DNA of 64,000 bases from Raillietiella orientalis (lineage: Eukaryota): contig JAYWIR010000022.1 of the NCBI GenBank assembly GCA_036172245.1, forward strand, positions 620,001 through 684,000. Reading direction: 5' to 3'. The translations under genes were made by a program, and so were the position numbers. A model generated the notes under the pieces. That model saw nothing but the letters and a program-made list of their open reading frames with translations, had not been told where the DNA came from and did not search any database. Below are positions 49,501 through 60,337 of this stretch, one piece after another; positions within the stretch are counted from its first letter, which is position 1, and each line of letters starts with the position of its first letter.

Positions 49501-50250
49501 TGCGGCCGCGGCCGGAGTTGGCCAGGCAGACGCTCGCGCACGGCGCGCGACCTCTCTGAGGAGACCGTCGAAGTCCCGACGGTGCTCTGGGGAGAGAGAA
49601 TCGCGGGGGACAAGGCGGCGGGCAGGAGCTGGTCGTGGTGAGAGGAGAGGGAGCGGGTGGAGGAGGAAGGAAGGAGGAAGCGCTGTGTGGAACTCTCGGC
49701 CGTGGCACGCCCAGAGCGCCTCCGCACGAAGTTCCTCTCCCTCCCCACCCGACTTCCCGGCCCACGCGCACCTGCGATGTCGTACCTCCTCCTCGCTCAC
49801 CCCCGCCACTCCAAAGGGGACTCGCTCTCAAAGCTGGATGTGGAGCGATACGGACGGTTCCTTCGAGGGCTTGGGTGGCTGGAACTGACGCAGAATGCCC
49901 AGGGAGCAGGCGAAGTCAGGAACACGAGGCGCGCGTCCTGGAGCTGCTGGCTTCCCGCCGGGTCCCCCTCGCCATCCGGGGCCGTTGTCGCGTCTCTTTA
50001 AGCGACTCCCCGAAGCTCCCGCAGATCTGAAGGCGGAGGAGGCTGGGAGCCTGCGCTCCCGCCTCCGGAAGACAGCAGGGAAGAGAAGAGACGTCGGTGT
50101 TCTGTTCCTTTGCCTTTCCCAGGGGCAACAGAGGATTGAAGGGTGTCGCACGCTGTGGAGCAGATGCAGGGGAATGGCGTTTTGTGGCCAGGAGCAGCTT
50201 CCAGGGCTCAACGGAAGCAGAGACTTCCGGGAGAGGAGCCCGATGATCCT
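46560..50250 (-). mobile_element. Near-full-length fossil R2-architecture retrotransposon (ZF/Myb-RT-CCHC-RLE)
   Basis: In order from the 5' end: zinc-finger echoes (QICGSFGESLKETRQ); Myb-like GAEALLLTRID; PLIPLLQLLGNWPAQETLSSLFLR (~LIPK...GNWRPI); SVPQATSCLP (~QxGFxP); VVADPLDLVSGL; RLSDDEAVL (~ADD); LHLTPPLQGKRCGLG; YPTSSYHSRR...ARFCRG...IWCSAC; ELGFKSTLDAEAERPGSLRLNVC (~LRPD); EETKGKIH (~EKxxKY). Confidence 0.68.
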
Positions 50251-51749
50251 CTGGGGGTGATGGTTCGTGCGGCTCGTTTACGGACTGTGACCACCGGAAG
50301 CGCTATCCTGAGACCGGGGCGAGGTGGACGGGAGGAAGCATGGAGCGAACGTCTCATGCTCGGAACAGGTTCCGGGGGATCGATCGTCGTCATCTCGGTC
50401 CTCGGAGGGAACTTGGCCTCGGGGCGTGGTCGTCGCCACCGGTCTGGTCTGTCGCGAGCTGTGCCCCTTTCGCCCGCGAGTCGGAAGGCAAAAACACCCT
50501 CTGGGATGCTGCTAGGGCGAAGAGTTCCTGGAGGGGGGCGGGCCGAGAGGCCGGAGGAGGGAGGTGTCCTGCTCCAATGCGGTTTTTTCTGCATTTCCGC
50601 TCGGTTCGCCGGGAGGAGTGGACCGCGGCTGCCGAGATTCTCGCGTGCCGCACGAGGAGTCTTAGCATGCATGGGGAAATGCTCCCCCCCTTGGTCGTTC
50701 TCCGTCCTGGCTGCACGGAGGGACCATCTCCATCTCTCGGATCGATTTCACATCCCCTCCTTCGGCTGGCGGGCCGCTCGCAAGAGCTTGGGACCCAACT
50801 TAGCCCTCCCCTTTCGAAAAGCGGCCCGTGAAGGTGCATAAAGCGAAGGAGGTCACCTGCCTGCATCTCGCGCGCCGGGGCGGAGGGAACCGTGAGACCG
50901 CCACCACGATGACCTCCCTAGCCTTGTGAGACCTCGCTCTGATTTATTGGATACCTCCTGTGCCTCGTCATCAGATCTTCACATGAAGTGGACGTGGACT
51001 GATGTGGACTCTCCTGGGCCGCCTATTGAAGCGCGCTTTTTGTTTTCATTGATGCTCCCTGCAACATGATCAAATAAGAACGTGCCTCTTGTCTTCCGGC
51101 TTTGCTAGGTGTCGCCTGCGCAAGCCAGAAGCTTCTGCTGCAGGTCTCTGGAAAGCAATTTCCTTATCCTCCTTACGTATGACCTGGAAGTCTCCTGTAG
51201 ACTTGAGGTGTCCGCCGTCCGGCCGGATGTCTCCTTCCTGCGGCCCCGCGTCTTGGCCACGTGCTCCTGAACCGGATACTTGGGTCACCAGGGCTGAGGA
51301 CTCGCTAAGCACTCAAGAACCTCTGCATCGCCCCGTTGGGACATCGGAGAGGGGGCGAGAAAAACCTACGGACGGTGGGGTTGCAAGTCCAGCCCACTGC
51401 CACGATCTCGAGCACTTCCTGAAGCGGCGAGGGGCCCGAAGATTGCAGGCTGGTCAGCGGGGAATCTGACCAGCTAGTAGATGAGCGAGCCTGAAGCATC
51501 CCTCCACCTCCGCGCCGTCTTGAGAGTGCCCTAATCAGCGAATCCCAAGGCCCTTGGATGAACGCGGCTGCCACGCAACGGCTGGTGCGGGCGGCAGGGA
51601 CTGAGGGACCCCCAGCTCTGGCGTCTGGAGTGACCAGAGAGTTCGGTTGCCTGCCTCTTCCCGCTCTCCAGAAGAGCCCCCGATCCAGATCCGCCTCGTC
51701 TGAGGCTCATTGGGTTCCAGGGGAGGCGTTCCTGCTCTCAGCGAGCTCG

Positions 51750-52650
51750 TAACTTGCATCTCAGCATGAACTCCTTGGGCTGCGCTCGTAGAGCGGGTGA
51801 CCGCGGAAGCGCCATCGCCCGGTCGAGGGATCCAGAAGAGGAGGTCATTGCGGCGGAGCAGGGTTCGTCGAGAGCGAGGAGAACGGGCTCCAGCAGAGAC
51901 GCCCCCCTCCTTCTCGGACGCGCCCCACTCCGGGAGCGATCTTCCGCTGCCATGACGACCATCGCGATCTCTACTCCGGAGGAAGGTCCGGAAGGTCCCC
52001 CTGTAGCAGAGGTGTGTCCTTGAGCGGTCCCCCTGTAGCAGAGGTGTGTCCTTGAGCGGTCCCCCTGTAGCAGAGGTGTGTCCTTGAGCGATCCCCCTGT
52101 AGGCGTCTGTCGCATGGCGCGGGAGCCACGATTGGTCGGCTCTGCCCCCATCTCCGGAGCCTTCGAGATGGACTTTGCGACATCGCGCTCTTCGGCCTCC
52201 AGAGTGTCGGGCGGGTTGCCTGGGAACTCTGCTCCCCAGATCCACCGGATCCTCTCTCAGCACCCCTCCGCTTTCGGAAGGAATCGACTGACCGTTGGTT
52301 CTTTCGACCCTTCCGTAGTCCTCCAGCTTTCGCTCCATAGAAAATCTCGATCCTGCCTTAGGTCGGCGGGACCCCACAGCGAGGCTGGCATCCTGTGGAA
52401 TCGCTCCCTGATACCCTGGCAGACCTCCTTCTCGTGAGCTGGGGAGAACTCCTTCTGCCAGAGACCGCCTTCCAGCCTCCAGCCGAAGCGTGCCGAGAAT
52501 GGCGAGCTCCCGATAAGCTCCCCGAGAAGTTACTCCTGCGGAGTCCCGGATCTGCGGAAGTTTTCCTATCAGGATCCCCCATGTGACAAGAAAGGCCGAC
52601 GGAGAACTCTCACACCTACCGAGTTCGTCCCGGCTGCGCGAAGAACCGGC
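51750..52650 (-). mobile_element. LINE ORF1-like remnant
   Basis: MERKLEDYGRVER (~LxxYGxV) and a frameshifted RRTCxRxND knuckle; interrupted by a 32-bp tandem repeat. Confidence 0.4.
51994..52102 (+). repeat. Minisatellite: three identical 32-bp units plus a partial fourth
   Basis: GGTCCCCCTGTAGCAGAGGTGTGTCCTTGAGC at 51994, 52026 and 52058; partial GATCCCCCTGTAG at 52090. Confidence 0.97.
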
Positions 52651-52897
52651 TTGCGCAGTCTCCACCGACGCCTCTCCTCGTCGGATCCGTCGACAGAACT
52701 CCCTAAGGATCCATCTGCCGACTGTTCTCTCCTGCTCTTTCAGATGGAATGCCTTCCTGATCGCCATATTCGTGCACAGAAGTTGCCGCGCTGCCCGTGA
52801 TTCCTTCCCGCGGATTCCGTAAGAGTCCCGCTGCCAGGAAACGTTCGCCGTTCAGAAACAGCTGCAGATGACCGCCGGTCAGGAGCACTCGAAGCGA

Positions 52898-53337
52898 AAT
52901 ACACTGGTGGACAGATTTGCGTGTATAGAAATGTACTGGCAGACGGATCATGGGATCCTGAAAACGATGGAGTTCTTAAACGCTTAGGCGTCCCTAGAAA
53001 ATACGCGACCAAGATGAGAAAACTGATAGTTTCATCAGTGATCGCATGCAGAAGGGATGCCTACTGGACACATCGCCTGGGATATGCACCGGATAATGCT
53101 AGAGACCCGCTAAAGTTTCTGGATGTCGAAGCACCGTAAACAATCAGCTCAATGCCAATTTGGTCCATTTCCATAGAAAGGATTGGTAGATCAGGCAGGT
53201 AGAAAAACGTACTGGCAGACGGATGTACTGGTAAAAAAATTGTACTAGTAGCGTGGATGTGCTAGTAGGGAGTGTATTGGCAGACGGATGTGCTTGTAGG
53301 AAAATGTACTGGCAGACGGATGTACTGGTGGAGGGAT
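52898..53337 (+). repeat. Degenerate ~16-bp tandem array (ATGTACTGGCAGACGG / ATGTACTGGTAGAAA type), MITE/MULE-subterminal-like, split by a retro-insertion
   Basis: About eight units at 53207-53337 and two to three at 52898-52948. Confidence 0.75.
52945..53139 (+). mobile_element. 5'-truncated NeSL/Utopia-like RLE retrotransposon C-terminus, well preserved
   Basis: Open frame GSWDPENDGVLKRLGVPRKYATKMRKLIVSSVIACRRDAYWTHRLG matches the GSWDPxND...Y...RKLxVSxxIxxSRDIYxEH terminus of this group. Confidence 0.8.
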
Positions 53338-54137
53338 CCGCGAATTGAGAAGTGCAAGCTAGGAAAACGCACAGGCGAACGTGCTGGTAGCTATTTAGGT
53401 GTATTCAGAGCCAAGAGCGTTCACAGCGGGATGCATTGGTTGCTGCATTTCCCTACGAGAGTGAGCATGGCTGATGTGATGTACTTTCCCTGATGGAGCG
53501 AATGTTATTGAGGTGGATTCTGCATGCACATCGATGCGTGTTGAAGTCGGGCGCTGCTGGATTGCTCACCTTTCTCTGATATGGAGTTTGAAAGAAACAG
53601 TTCCCATTCAGCATTTTGTTCCACAATCTAGAATCGGCGCATCTCGAAGATCACATCGTCTGCGATTTTAAAGGCACTGCAGCTGACTTCTTTTCTTCAG
53701 TCATTTGACAGGAAAAGTGAGAATCAAGAGGGGATCCGGGAGGAATAGCGATCCTGTCGGTAGTCACAGGCGTTCCATCACCGCCATCTCTTTGTCGATC
53801 ACCTACAGGTCCCTATTCTGGTCAGTCAGCTAAACTCGTGTCTCTTGATCCTCCCCCTCTGAGGTCTCAGAACTTGTTCAGAGTATTTCCTGGAAGCTGG
53901 AAGCAGAGCATCATCATTGCGTCGAGGCAACTCTGTCCCGAAAGATGACGCATTCTTTCCATTGCATTCGCCTTTGGAGGCGGGTGGCGCCAGTACGATG
54001 GAGGCGCAGGTGTAACCTGGTACCCGCGCGCGCCAGCAGTGTGAAGCCAAGTTCCACTCTCGTCTCTCCAGATTTCCGGATCCCGATCGCGGTTTCTTCG
54101 GTCGGTTCTGAGAGCGACCTTGAGCTCGGCTGGTTGA

Positions 54138-55430
54138 CACTCGGTCACGCCGGGGCGTTTATTTATGAAATATAAACGTCTGTGGCAGGACGTTTGATCC
54201 TGCCACGTTACTCATAAGTACGAGAAGGGACCTGCCGGGAACTGGCACGCAGGCCAGCGGGGTTCGCCTCTCCAGCACAGGGGAAGGGGAGACACACAAA
54301 AAGGAAAAAATAAAACAAAAACATACAGTCAAAAAATGAGGGGAGGGGGGTCGGGAAAGGTTTACTGTGTGCTGGAGGAGGTCTTCTGCATCCTTGCCAG
54401 GATGCCGGCAAGTTCCTGTTTCAAGACTCCCAGATGGGGCCATCTTGACGATCTCCTCATGAAGAGGACAGCAAAATAGATGGCGTCCCCGTCGTTCTGG
54501 CCTCCTCTGGCGTTGCTCCATGCAGCCACAGCCCCGCGCGTGGGCAGCACAGTGCTGCTGGGGATACAGCTTGCCGGCGTGAGGGCGTCTCGTAGGAAGA
54601 GACGCTTCAAAATATCTCTGGTGTTGCCACCGGGGCTTCCAAGGGTCGCGGCAAAGCGCCCCCAAAGGTACTGGAGGGCAACACAGTCCACTAGGAGGTG
54701 CGGGAGGTATTCCCGCGATTCCCGCTCCCAACACCTGGCACAGTTTGGATCCACACACATCCGTGTCCAATGATGCCTGCGGGCGTTGCACGGGAAGCCC
54801 AAGTGCAGCAGCATCAATGCCGACTCGTACCACTTTAAGGAGAGGGTGCGGATGTTCGTGAGCACTGAGGGCCACTGTAGGTCTTCCTCCAGAATATCCA
54901 GTAACACGTCCCAGCACAAAAGTCCACAAGGTCGAGCACCCGAGATCGCAGCGTCAGTGAGCTGGCCCGTCGTGCACTCGCCCAGTCCTCTTCTTCCGGA
55001 GATTTCTCTGGAAGCTCCTCGGCTGGTGGTTCCTCGGTGCTGCAGGTCTCGGCTTTCCGGTGCTGCCCTGCTGTTCGAGGCCGTGGCTTCCAGGTGAACC
55101 CTTCCCCGCAGCAAGCCGTAGACATTTCCGACGAAGGGCGACCGGCCTGACCGTTCGGGGTTCAATTTCCTCGGGATTTCGAGTTCCTCAGAAGAGCCCC
55201 TGGTTAGTGTCAGCTGGAGGGCCGAGTCCACTCCTGGAGGGCTACGGAAAATTTTTCCCCGTGCTCTTGGAACCACTTCCTCGAACCGTCTGAATTCATC
55301 TTGGCGCCATTTTTCGAGTTCGGATGGATGAGGAAAGCGCTGTGAGCGACTCCCGGCTAGACAGGCGCCGCAGCGGTAGCATTCCAAAAACGCCATCCAA
55401 GAAGGAGCGTTCCTTGCAGGATATACGTTT
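54138..55430 (-). mobile_element. L1/Tx1-like ORF2 C-terminus plus 3' UTR (copy F, best preserved)
   Basis: Open frame to the stop at 54362: EDLQWPSVLTNIRTLSLKWYESALMLLHLGFPCNARRHHWTRMCVDPNCARCWERESREYLPHLLVDC...FMRRSSRWPHLGVLKQELAGILARMQKT; CCHC at 54683-54742; UTR ends AATAAACGCCCCGGCGTGACCGAGTG. Confidence 0.9.
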
Positions 55431-56499
55431 TCCTCCACTTTTCCCGGTTCCGGGAGAGACGCTGAAAAAAAAAAAAAGAAGAAAAGAAAGAAAGGCCAAA
55501 AAAAAAAAAAAAAAAAAATGCAAATCTGATGAATTCGCTTCGCAACTTCGGGAACGGAGGCAGGGCTCCCCTCGTTTTCATTGGGCAGGCTCCCCACTTA
55601 TCGCGTCCGGGAACCCCTCATCCAGCATCCGCAGGGAGGCAGTTCCGACGGCGTAAATTTGAATCGGAAGCAAAATACACTCGTTGACAAAAAGACGAAT
55701 TGGTCCATAAATTGAGATTAGAGCGAAATTAGTTATCAGGAGGAACTTTTAGCTGGCGATTATGAGGTCTCGAACTATCCGCAGTGAATTTCTCGCTCGT
55801 CGTCGGGGGGGCTTCTCCGGCTTTCCTCTCTATCGAGCGGAGTTTATTTTCCTCCCAGGCGGGTTTTTATCGCCTCCGGCTCTTTATCAGTGCAAGAACA
55901 AAAAAGCATCAACACTTATATTAGATCACGGATAATCGCCATATGTTCTCGTGCTCTCTTCCCAGAGAGGGACTGGGGGGAACGCCCCGCGTCCGGATGT
56001 GCGCATCCCGAGACGCGTCTTGAGGGGAAGCCGCAGCCATCGCCAGCCTGGCCGGCGGCAGCGCACGTTTGCGGCCGATCCCTTTGGAAGTTGCGTCCCC
56101 ATCACGCGCAACCCACTGTTCCCGAAGGAAAGTCTTCTTTCGCCCTCTGCTCCACCCGCTGGCGCTTTCGTGCTCGCATCTGAGACGCGCGGAGATGAGA
56201 CGCAGCAGAGTCCGCGCTTTTTGGACCAGGGTGTGTGCGCGAGGAGGCACCTCTCCGAGCGTTTTCCCCCTTCCGGGCGCGAGGAAGCGCATGGGGCTCG
56301 CTCCACGACGCGCTGGTCGCCTGGCAACTGAATCATCCGATGGCTGACCCCAGATTTTCCCACTCGAATCCTTCCAGATTCTTCTCTTCGATCAAAAGAA
56401 GAAGAAGAAGAAAAAGAGGAAGGAAAAAGCCTCTATCTCGGCATCGGAGAGTTCAAGTAACCCCCAATCTTGATGAACGGATAGGTGGATCTTCATTCG

Positions 56500-57220
56500 G
56501 TTTACTAAGTGGAATCTGCCATCAGGGAGGTCAGTATCGTACAGCCAGCTCCATGGGACGCAACCGACTCGATGGCGGATACCTCAAAGGAGGAGGGGGG
56601 CTTGTGCAGGACTGTCGAGGTTTCCTCGGAGAGCAAGGACGCGCTTTGCCTGCCTACCAGATTGCTGGGAGCCATCGGCTGTCTCTCTGTGCGTTTTCCA
56701 CTGCTGCGGATGGAGGCTTTTTATCTTCGGGGACTCCAGCAGCCACCCCGTTCCGTCCGCGCGAGGACGACGGCGCAGGAAACAACTGCCGCAACTTTCT
56801 TATGCGAAGGCTTCTGCATTAGATGACCACCAGTTTCTTCCGAAACATGGAGCCCCTACTTGTTCTGACTGCACGCGAGCTACTCAAGATGCCACAGGGA
56901 GGGTATTTCGAGGAATATTTGAGAAATCTGTCTCATGAGCTCGTGGACTTCTCCTGAACGAGGCCAGATTAGAAGACATGATTTGAAGATCCCAGGAACC
57001 CATCTGATGGGTTGGAGGAGGAGCGCATGAGTGGCACACTGCGCAGGAGTGCTTCTGCGACACTTGGGAGTTCCTCCAAGAGGGTTCGGGCAGTCGCAAA
57101 GATGAAGGCATCTCCAGCCTCGAGATTTGTTCTCGCTGGTCCGGCATGAAGACGGCAGTCTCTCTTATGTAATCGTGTGGTTTCATGCGAACCACCGTGT
57201 GCAAACCACGTCTCGTTCTT
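56500..57220 (+). mobile_element. R2-like remnant (post-RT to CCHC)
   Basis: ESAIREVSIVQPAPWDATDSMADTSKEEGGL (~DxxIR...WxxLP...GGLG); ERMSGTLRRSA. Confidence 0.4.
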
Positions 57221-58099
57221 CCCTTTCCTTCTGAAACGAAATTCCTCAGCTTTTTCCTTTTTTTCCTTCCCTTTCTAAATAAAGCCAGTACTGTCAAGTA
57301 CCTTTCATGCAGTGCCAGATAACAGAGTTTTGATGTTTATTTGGAACACGGCAAAAGGACTCGAAAGAAACTCCTGAGAAACGGGAACGGAGGAATCGCA
57401 TTTAGGGAAATTTCAAAACCGCTCGCGGCCTTCCTGGTTCCTGGACAACATATTCCGTTCTTTGCGTCTGGACTCCAACCAAGAACTTTCCAAGTTTGCT
57501 CAAATTTTTTTTCCCCCTTTCAAACACGCGAATCCATACCAATCCGTTCTTAAACAGATCGCAATGGAGCACTTAGGGATGCCGTAGCTGTTCCGGGAAA
57601 ACCAATTTCGTTTCTACCATGGCGATCCAATAATTCCATTTCTCCCTTCCCCTCTTTCTTCAAGGGATGTTCTCTTCACCATTCAGGTTGTTCTCTGGCA
57701 GTCCTTCACATTATTTGGTTATCATCCAAGCTTCCCACTTCCTTCTAAATATAAAATCTTCTTGTGAATGATAAATAGGATTTGCTGAATGCAATTTCTC
57801 CGTGAGTCTCCTCGGAGAACTTCCTGCGTTTCACATTTGCTTTGTTTGTTTTCAACAAGCCAAGCCCAACGTCCTTCTGATTGCTGCACGTTCATCTGCC
57901 AGCTCAATAATCAAGATGTTGCCCCTGTTGAGTGCTCACGAGTGCACTCGGAGGAGACGCACTTCTAGGAGTTTACCTATGAGGACGGTTCCTCGAATTG
58001 CCGACAGTCCAGAAGACTCTCCTTACCGCCTTCCAGTTGGTTGATTTTCTGGGAGGGAAAACAGCACCGCTCTTCGCAAAACGAGAGCTACAGCAGCCT

Positions 58100-58900
58100 T
58101 TTGCACATGGTGGGCGGTGGAAAACTCCAGAATTCCCCATGGATGCCAAAATCTTTCATTCTCTCGGAGGAGCGTGGATGAAGCCGCTACTAGGGGGAGG
58201 CGTCCTTCGACTCGATTATCCACTCTTGAGGCCGAATCTCGAGGAACTGATTCTAGGGACGGCTGCAACGGGGTGGGGTGAGTTTGAAGCAAAAGAGGAT
58301 TCCAGTTGCTATGGCAGCAGGTGCAGTCATGCTCGTCGTCATCATTGCGTTCCCCTTCTGGGTGTGTCACTCCTTGATGGCTGTTCGAAAACAGAGCTGC
58401 GCTCGATCAACGACACCAGGCTGCTCAACTTGCAGCGCCCTTCGGAGAGTTCTGCTCGTCTTGTTGGGACAGCCCTGCCGGTACCAGACCACATGCAGTC
58501 GCTCCCCGTTCCTTCTCGAAGGCGGGGGACGTCTGTTGGTTTCATCCCTTCCTCACAAACGCTTTCATAATCGAAGAACACGCTCAAAAGTCACCAGAAA
58601 CCCGGAAAAAATCGTTGCTTTCCAAGGTTCGATGTGCGCTCTTGCTCGCCCTGCTGCAAATGCCGAGGATCCAAAACGGGAATCATTAGGGCGAACGGGT
58701 GAAGCGTCCAGGGATGCCGTCTAGAGGGCCCGCAGTAGGCATCCCCCATTTTCAGATGGAAACCCGTCCTCCCCTCTTCCGCAGTCTTTCCCCTCAACCG
58801 TGGATCCGGGATCCCTCCAAGTTCTCCGAACTCCTACCGCATCAGCAGTCCACTGGTCTTCCCGGTAGAGAGCCCTAAGTGACACCGGAATTGCGCTCTG
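58100..58900 (+). mobile_element. R2-like CCHC plus RLE remnant
   Basis: ARSTTPGCSTCSALRRVLLVLLGQPC; RNPEKIVAFQG...AEDPKRESLGRTGE (~KPDxxxxxG...SLxxAxxxK). Confidence 0.45.
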
Positions 58901-59399
58901 TTTTGGTTTTGCTCGAATCCGACAGCTTCCCAGCTCGTCTTGCTGGAGCCACGAACCGCCTTGCAGCCGCCCCTTCTTTTCCGGTGTCACGTGAGCACCG
59001 TCGATGCCTGTGCAGAGGAACCAGCCTGCACCCAGGCGCGCCCCGATTGACGTGCTTTTAGCTCAGTGAGACTGGTCTTGCGGAAGGTCTACCGGGAAGC
59101 GTCTCGGGATGCAGAAGCCCCCCTCTCAGCTTCCCCTCCTCGACTGGCCCCGATGATTCAGACTCTCGGATCTCAGGATGGCAGACCCGGCACGCGCAGG
59201 AAGCTGCGAGAGACTATCAAGACGATAATGTGAACTCGGGGCTTCCTCACGGGAAACTCCTGGGGAGAAATCGGGAAGGAGGAAGGAATCAGAAACGCGC
59301 CGCAAGTCCAAAATCGATAAGCGGATGGAGGATGGGAAGATACGGCCCGTGTTTCCGCAGCAGCGAGCGGACGACGCTATCCGACGGAAGACTCTCAGG

Positions 59400-60200
59400 A
59401 AAAGTGCGATCCTGGCTCCAGAGAAGCAGGAGCGCCTTCCTCGTGCTCTGTGGCTACGCCGCCAAGCTGTTTCAGACGTCCGTTGAGCACCGCTGCTCCG
59501 GTTTAGCAGGAAATCTTTGCTGCTGCCTTGCCCTTTGCTGACTTCTGCCAACATCCGCCGCTCCCGAGTGCGGGTGTTCACCCTGGGGCGAGTGTGTCAC
59601 CTTTCTGAAAATCACATCCCGGATCGGTCTGGAACATTACCACTTTTCCGTGTTTGGCTTCACAAGGATTTCATGGGGAATCACCCTCCTCTGATTTCTG
59701 CTTCGCCTCCTGCCTGAAGAGTCTGGAGAGATGGCTGCATTCACTGTGGGGCACCTCGCCTCCTCGCAGCAACGTCCCCTCCTTTCGGCGTTTTTGTTCT
59801 TTCGGACCTTGGTTCCACGCATGCTTCGTCCAAGGTTCTGGGAACAGGCAGCCGTCTAGGAGCTACGGGAGTAGCAGCCCTCAGCGGACGGGATCGCAGG
59901 CTGGCCGCAGCTCCCCTTGAGCACTGCCGGCTCAGCACCAAAGGTTAGGGTTTCCTCGTCTGCGTGGCCTCCCTGCTCAGAGTCGTGACTACCCAGCGGA
60001 CCGTGCGATCCGCCACGGTAGTCCGTCAGCTTGGGCGTCGCTCTTCCGCGAGGGTGTTGAAGCGATCGGGTCCGAAGGGCATAGACGAAGGCACCGTTTT
60101 CTTTTTTTTCTTTCTTGGCTGTTCCCTGAAGTTTCGAAAGTGCTTGGGAAAAAATTCTGGAACAGAATTCTTGGGGGTTTCCCTGCCAGTTCCACAATTT
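59400..60200 (+). mobile_element. Reverse transcriptase remnant, Jockey/I-like
   Basis: QERLPRALW, FGFTR, TGSQAGRSSP (~GxPQGSxLSP), DYPADRAI (~YADDxAI), TEFLGVSL (~KYLGV). Confidence 0.45.
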
Positions 60201-60337
60201 TGTTCCCTGTTCTTCCAGACTCCGCGAGACCTTCGCGTCGCAGCCACCTCTGACTTCCCCCTTCCTCCGAGTTCCCTCCTACAACTTGAGGGGCGAAGAT
60301 GGCGCTGGCGCGCTTTCCTCTGAGGGCTGACAAGAAG

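Noticed and set aside
51994..52102. CRISPR-like 32-bp repeats
   Set aside because: Units are head to tail with no spacers, no cas genes are present, and the context is eukaryotic.
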